Shown: positions 60,096-64,000 of the stretch, piece by piece | Layout: every line of letters starts with the position of its first letter | How positions within the stretch are numbered: position 1 is the stretch's first letter | Origin: Anaeroplasma bactoclasticum | GTDB lineage: Bacteria > Bacillota_I > Bacilli_A > ML615J-28 > CAG-313 | Direction of reading: 5' to 3' | Length of the DNA stretch: 64,000 nucleotides | Assembly: GCA_023667245.1 (NCBI GenBank) | Contig: JAMPAL010000006.1 | Coordinates: 50-64,049, forward strand | The notes under the pieces: model-generated | Database searches by the model: none | What the model was told of the DNA's origin: nothing | What the model saw: the letters and a program-made list of their open reading frames with translations, nothing else | Program-made: the position numbers and the translations under genes

Positions 60096-60554
60096 CTATT
60101 TGTGATATTCTTTGTGATTCATAATCGTAATGGCACGATAAATTTGTTCTAAGATAATAACTCTCATCAATTGATGAGGAAATGTCATATTAGAGAAAGA
60201 TAATGCATAGTTACTTCTTGCTTTTACCGCTTGACTTAACCCATTAGAGCCTCCAATGACCAAAGCAATTTTGGAATGGCCATAAATCGGTAGTTTTTCT
60301 AACATCGCGCTAAAGGTAATGCTATCTAATGGCTTTCCTTCAATTTCTAATGTAATGACATAGTCTTCTTTGGTCAGTTTATCTAGGATTTCTTTTCCCT
60401 CATTTTCAATATTCTTTGCAATATCCCCTGTGTTGTATTCCTTTAATTCAATGATTTCTATCTTTTGAAATCCATCTATTCTTTTTTTATATTCTTTGAC
60501 GGCTTCTACCCAATAATTTTCTTTTAGTTTTCCAATACAAAGTAATTTATACAC
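60096..60554 (-). CDS. rlmH: 23S rRNA pseudouridine1915 methyltransferase
   Basis: IGKLKE, IGGSNG, MTFPHQLMRVIILEQIYRA, YHK. Confidence 0.97.
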   Translation of the reverse strand: MYKLLCIGKLKENYWVEAVKEYKKRIDGFQKIEIIELKEYNTGDIAKNIENEGKEILDKLTKEDYVITLEIEGKPLDSITFSAMLEKLPIYGHSKIALVIGGSNGLSQAVKARSNYALSFSNMTFPHQLMRVIILEQIYRAITIMNHKEYHK

Positions 60555-61342
60555 TATTCCACCTCAATTACTTCTAATGGTTCATTTTGTTTGGCTACTT
60601 CGATTCGGAAATGGAGAGCCTCACCGAACCCTTTTTTGACTTCTTCTAAAGCCAAGGTTTCTGTATTGCATTCTTCACTCAAATGAGAAAGAATTACCCA
60701 TCTCATATATTTATAATTGAATCCCTTTAAGTATTCTACACACTGCACATTAGATAAATGCCCTGTTTTTGATAAAATGCGTCCTATCAATACTTTAGGT
60801 CTAGCACTTGATTTGAGCAATGCCACATCATGATTAGACTCGATAGACAGAACTTGAATTTTAGAAAGCAATGACAAATATTGTTCTGGAATATATCCCG
60901 TATCTGTTACATAACCATATGTCACATTACCAGGCTTTTTTTCTTTAAATACATAACCAAAACAAGAAGCAACATCATGTGACAATTCTAGTGCTGCTAC
61001 AGCCACATCTCCCAAATCATACTTGCAATTGGCATGTATGAGTGCTACGGATAAAGCATTCAGTCCGCCATTTAATCGCCGATTGGCATGATAATAACAA
61101 GCTTCACTCAAATAAATGGTAGCCCCTGTTTTACTCGCAACAGTCGCCAAATGTTTGATATGGTCTGTATGTTCATGAGTCACAAAAATAGCATCAATAT
61201 GAGAAAGCAAAATGCCCCTTGATGCTAATCTCAATCGTATTTGCAAATAGCTAATTCCGGCATCAATTAATATTTTGGTTTGTTTGGTTTCAATATATGT
61301 GGCATTTCCTTTTGAGCCACTTGCTAATACTACTATTTTCAT
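60554..61342 (-). CDS. yycJ: MBL-fold hydrolase YycJ/WalJ
   Basis: LASGSKGN, THEHTDH, TDTG, ESNHD, GHLSN, HLS; upstream of rlmH. Confidence 0.88.
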   Translation of the reverse strand: MKIVVLASGSKGNATYIETKQTKILIDAGISYLQIRLRLASRGILLSHIDAIFVTHEHTDHIKHLATVASKTGATIYLSEACYYHANRRLNGGLNALSVALIHANCKYDLGDVAVAALELSHDVASCFGYVFKEKKPGNVTYGYVTDTGYIPEQYLSLLSKIQVLSIESNHDVALLKSSARPKVLIGRILSKTGHLSNVQCVEYLKGFNYKYMRWVILSHLSEECNTETLALEEVKKGFGEALHFRIEVAKQNEPLEVIEVE

Positions 61343-61516
61343 ATCATCCTCACTAATCAACTATTATATCATAAATAGATGCTTTTCGCAATTAGTTAAG
61401 TAAGAAAAATCATGTTAGAAATGTACATGATTTTTTATTCTTTCATATTTTTTGGATTTCGGTTAACAATAATAATAAACAAAAACCTCTTTTTTCAAGA
61501 GGTTTGATTTATGAGT

Positions 61517-61606
61517 CTAGAATCCCCAGCAAGCACCAATAATGGCAAGTAAAATAAATAGAACTAAAATGAAAGCATATCCATATTCACCTCGGCATTG
61601 ATTCAT
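61517..61606 (-). CDS. YjcZ/SscA family small sporulation protein (29 aa, not in ORF track)
   Basis: MNQCRGEYGYAFILVLFILLAIIGACWGF; AAAGGAGGAG RBS; terminator at 61481-61505. Confidence 0.88.
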   Translation of the reverse strand: MNQCRGEYGYAFILVLFILLAIIGACWGF

Positions 61607-61650
61607 AATGCTCCTCCTTTCCGTGGATTATTCATCTCACTTTACACTTC

Positions 61651-61678
61651 TAGTCTATGAAAAAGAAAAAAAACTGTT
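61651..61678 (-). promoter_or_regulatory. sigmaK-like promoter
   Basis: Minus strand AC-16 bp-CATAGACTA. Confidence 0.55.
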
Positions 61679-61858
61679 TATTATAAAAGCCCATTTATTT
61701 ATGCATAACAAAAAATTCACATAAATTTCACATTGTCTTTTTATTTTAAAAAAAGTCTACTTTAGTTTTGAAAATTCATGATTTTTCAATTGAAATTTTA
61801 AAAGAAAAATGGTAAAATATACATGTTATATTTTAACAATAAGAAAGGATGCAAAAAA

Positions 61859-64000
61859 ATGAAAACTTTATTTAAGAGAATGTTGCCAGTTTTAATTGGT
61901 ATCGCTCTTATTGCAGTCATTTCAATTACATTGGTTGTGATTAGCGTAGCAAATAATCGCAGACCTGTATTGAGTGATGGTGATGAAGCGTACTTAGAAT
62001 ATGGCAAACTAACTGTAACAAAGCAAGAACTCTATGACGCTTTAAAGAAAGATTATGGGGTTTCTGAATTGAATCGTCTTATCGACACTTACTTGTTCCA
62101 AGAAGAAATGAAGACGGTCAATGAAAAAGATTTGCTAGCATATATTGAATCAGATCTTTTTGAAGAAGATTCAAGTGAAGAGAAAAAACAAGAAAGTTGG
62201 GAAGATGTCCTTGATTCGCTTCGTCTCACAGGAATTTTGACCAAACAAGATGTGGAATCTGGTAAGGATTATACCGATACTTCTACTACTGCTTGGAATA
62301 AAGTCAAGGAATATTATCGTCTTCAATTCGCAAAGCGTGAGTGGGCGAAAAAACAATATCTTGAAGAATTAAAAGCAAGCAAACAAGATGGCGTTTTGTT
62401 TACTGAAGAAGAAATCAAAGAATATTTTGAAAACAACTATCCTACTCAAATCACTGGTATTTTTATTCCATTTACGAGTAGTGATGCTGCAAAAGAAATG
62501 TTAAAAAAGTATGGTATCAATATTGATCAATTGAACACTTCTAAAAATGGTAGTATTTTACCAGGATGGCTTTCTTCTTCTTTTACTGGAGATAAAACAG
62601 AAACACCTAAACCAGGTCAATATCTCAATCCAAATGAAATCGTTGAAACATTCATTGCAATGTATAATGAAGTATTGTCTTATTATGTAAATGGTGATAA
62701 AATCATTACTGAAGAAGACTACAGCAAAACCTATAGTGAAACAAAAACGATAGAGATGGCGAAAAATGAATTAGATTATGCGGTTAACAAATATACATCT
62801 ATCAAAGGAAACTTAAATCTTCCTTTAGCTATTACGATCAATGGATTTGAAAGCAAAGCAACCATTGAATGGACTGCAGTTGACGATGAAAACTTTAAAC
62901 TAGATGCTGAAACAGGTGAACTAACCGTTGTACGTGGTGCTGAGAAAATTGAAAAAACAATTGAAGGTAAAATTACCCTTGGAGAAGCAACTAAGAACGT
63001 ATCTTATAAAATTACTGTTGTTGCAACAACCAAGGATGATACTGCACAAGATGCAACGATTGATGTGACATTGGAAAACGTAGATCAAATCTATGATTAC
63101 ACATTCAACTTCAATAATGAAATGGGTAATGAACATTCTGAATTTGTTTGGGATAAAAATACAAGCAGTGAAATTGGCAAAAAAATCATTGCATTGTCTT
63201 TATCTGAAGATTATGGTGATTTCTACAAATCTTATTCAGTTACACCTTGGGGTGGAAAAAATTATACCTATTTGTATATTAAACTTGCTGAAAGTGAAGC
63301 TCCTGAACTCACAGATGAATTAAAGGCTGAAATCACTGAAAAAATGATTGATGAACTTTATGAAGAAAATTCAGGTGCAAATTTAGAAAAATTCTATTAT
63401 GAAAAACGTAAAGAAAATAATTTAAAAATTTATGATCGTTTTATTGAAGCTATCTATGAATATAATTACAATACTTTATATGGTACTACATTAAAATTAA
63501 AAGATTATGAAGCATTTAAAAAGAACAAAAAGACCAACAAAACACTTGTTGCTTCTATTAATGGTAAAGACATTACTGCAGATGAATTATTTGCAGAATT
63601 AGAAGCTAAATACGGTGCAACATTTACAAAATCATTTGTAGATGAATATTTCATTTTAAACACTGAATTCAATACTTATTACAATCCTTGGAAAGGTATT
63701 GAAGACAAAAAATATATTAAAGCATTATTAAAATCTGATGTTCAAAGTTTCAAACAAAATTTTGAATTAGATTACTTCACTTACTATTATCTTGCATATT
63801 ATGGATTCATTCCAAACTTCCCTGCAAGTTATGGTTGGAAAAACTTTATTCATGACTATTTTGGTGCTGATTCTGAAAAAGAATTGCTCATCAATAAAAA
63901 CTTTGGTGGTTCTATCTATAGTGATGTATTAACTGATTATACAAAATCATTATTGGATAAGGCTGCTATTCAAAAAGCTATGGAAGAAGCTTTTGCAGAT
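61859..64000 (+). CDS. Partial, very large (>714 aa) membrane-anchored PrsA/SurA-like protein
   Basis: Appears open to window end (frame checked at several points). N-terminal TM; VTKQELYDALKKDYG and ITADELFAELEAKYG PrsA-N-like motifs; Ig-like insert. Promoter TTGAAA-17-TAAAAT at 61790-61818. Confidence 0.7.
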   Translation, partial: MKTLFKRMLPVLIGIALIAVISITLVVISVANNRRPVLSDGDEAYLEYGKLTVTKQELYDALKKDYGVSELNRLIDTYLFQEEMKTVNEKDLLAYIESDLFEEDSSEEKKQESWEDVLDSLRLTGILTKQDVESGKDYTDTSTTAWNKVKEYYRLQFAKREWAKKQYLEELKASKQDGVLFTEEEIKEYFENNYPTQITGIFIPFTSSDAAKEMLKKYGINIDQLNTSKNGSILPGWLSSSFTGDKTETPKPGQYLNPNEIVETFIAMYNEVLSYYVNGDKIITEEDYSKTYSETKTIEMAKNELDYAVNKYTSIKGNLNLPLAITINGFESKATIEWTAVDDENFKLDAETGELTVVRGAEKIEKTIEGKITLGEATKNVSYKITVVATTKDDTAQDATIDVTLENVDQIYDYTFNFNNEMGNEHSEFVWDKNTSSEIGKKIIALSLSEDYGDFYKSYSVTPWGGKNYTYLYIKLAESEAPELTDELKAEITEKMIDELYEENSGANLEKFYYEKRKENNLKIYDRFIEAIYEYNYNTLYGTTLKLKDYEAFKKNKKTNKTLVASINGKDITADELFAELEAKYGATFTKSFVDEYFILNTEFNTYYNPWKGIEDKKYIKALLKSDVQSFKQNFELDYFTYYYLAYYGFIPNFPASYGWKNFIHDYFGADSEKELLINKNFGGSIYSDVLTDYTKSLLDKAAIQKAMEEAFAD

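Noticed and set aside
571-63323. Numerous short ORF-track entries antisense to or overlapping long genes (e.g. 571-762, 11032-11454, 19227-19658, 52835-53242, 61798-63323)
   Set aside because: Shadow frames of well-supported genes, with no RBS or recognisable motifs.
1-64000. CRISPR array, tRNA/rRNA, IS element, prophage, or UGA-to-Trp recoding
   Set aside because: No repeat-spacer arrays, RNA gene signatures, transposases or phage genes seen; long genes are intact under code 11 and several end in TGA.

Overview
AT-rich (roughly 30% GC by eye), gene-dense core-chromosome window from a Bacillota/Bacilli bacterium using the standard code (TGA is a stop). Housekeeping genes include coaX, holA, rpsT, comEA/comEC, tyrS with a Tyr T-box, a ccpA-like regulator, murC, rplS, trmD, rimM, khpA, rpsP, def, rnj, recD2, mnmA, uvrB, rlmH and yycJ, many in Bacillus-like order. 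Interspersed are many lipoproteins with InlB B-repeat, GH18 or M6-protease domains, a GHL10 surface protein and a giant PrsA-like protein. This protein style suggests an Acholeplasmatales/Anaeroplasmataceae-like gut lineage (inference only). No rRNA, tRNA, CRISPR array, transposase or prophage was seen. Main points of interest: (1) a dispersed mother-cell sporulation signature (YlbD, YlbE, two unannotated YjcZ/SscA peptides, a CotO-like and a YrzQ-like protein) with sigmaK/sigmaE-type promoters, one of them directly upstream of murC; (2) a dlt-like adenylation/carrier/MBOAT/SGNH operon whose A-domain lacks the alpha-amino-binding Asp; (3) rimM-trmD placed behind an ArsR/P1B-ATPase cassette; (4) a T-box-led tyrS operon extending through glycan hydrolases to a thioredoxin/FTR pair; (5) an uncharacterised secreted-protein/MFS-like/Glu-Asn membrane protein trio. 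All protein calls rest on motif recognition, not database searches.
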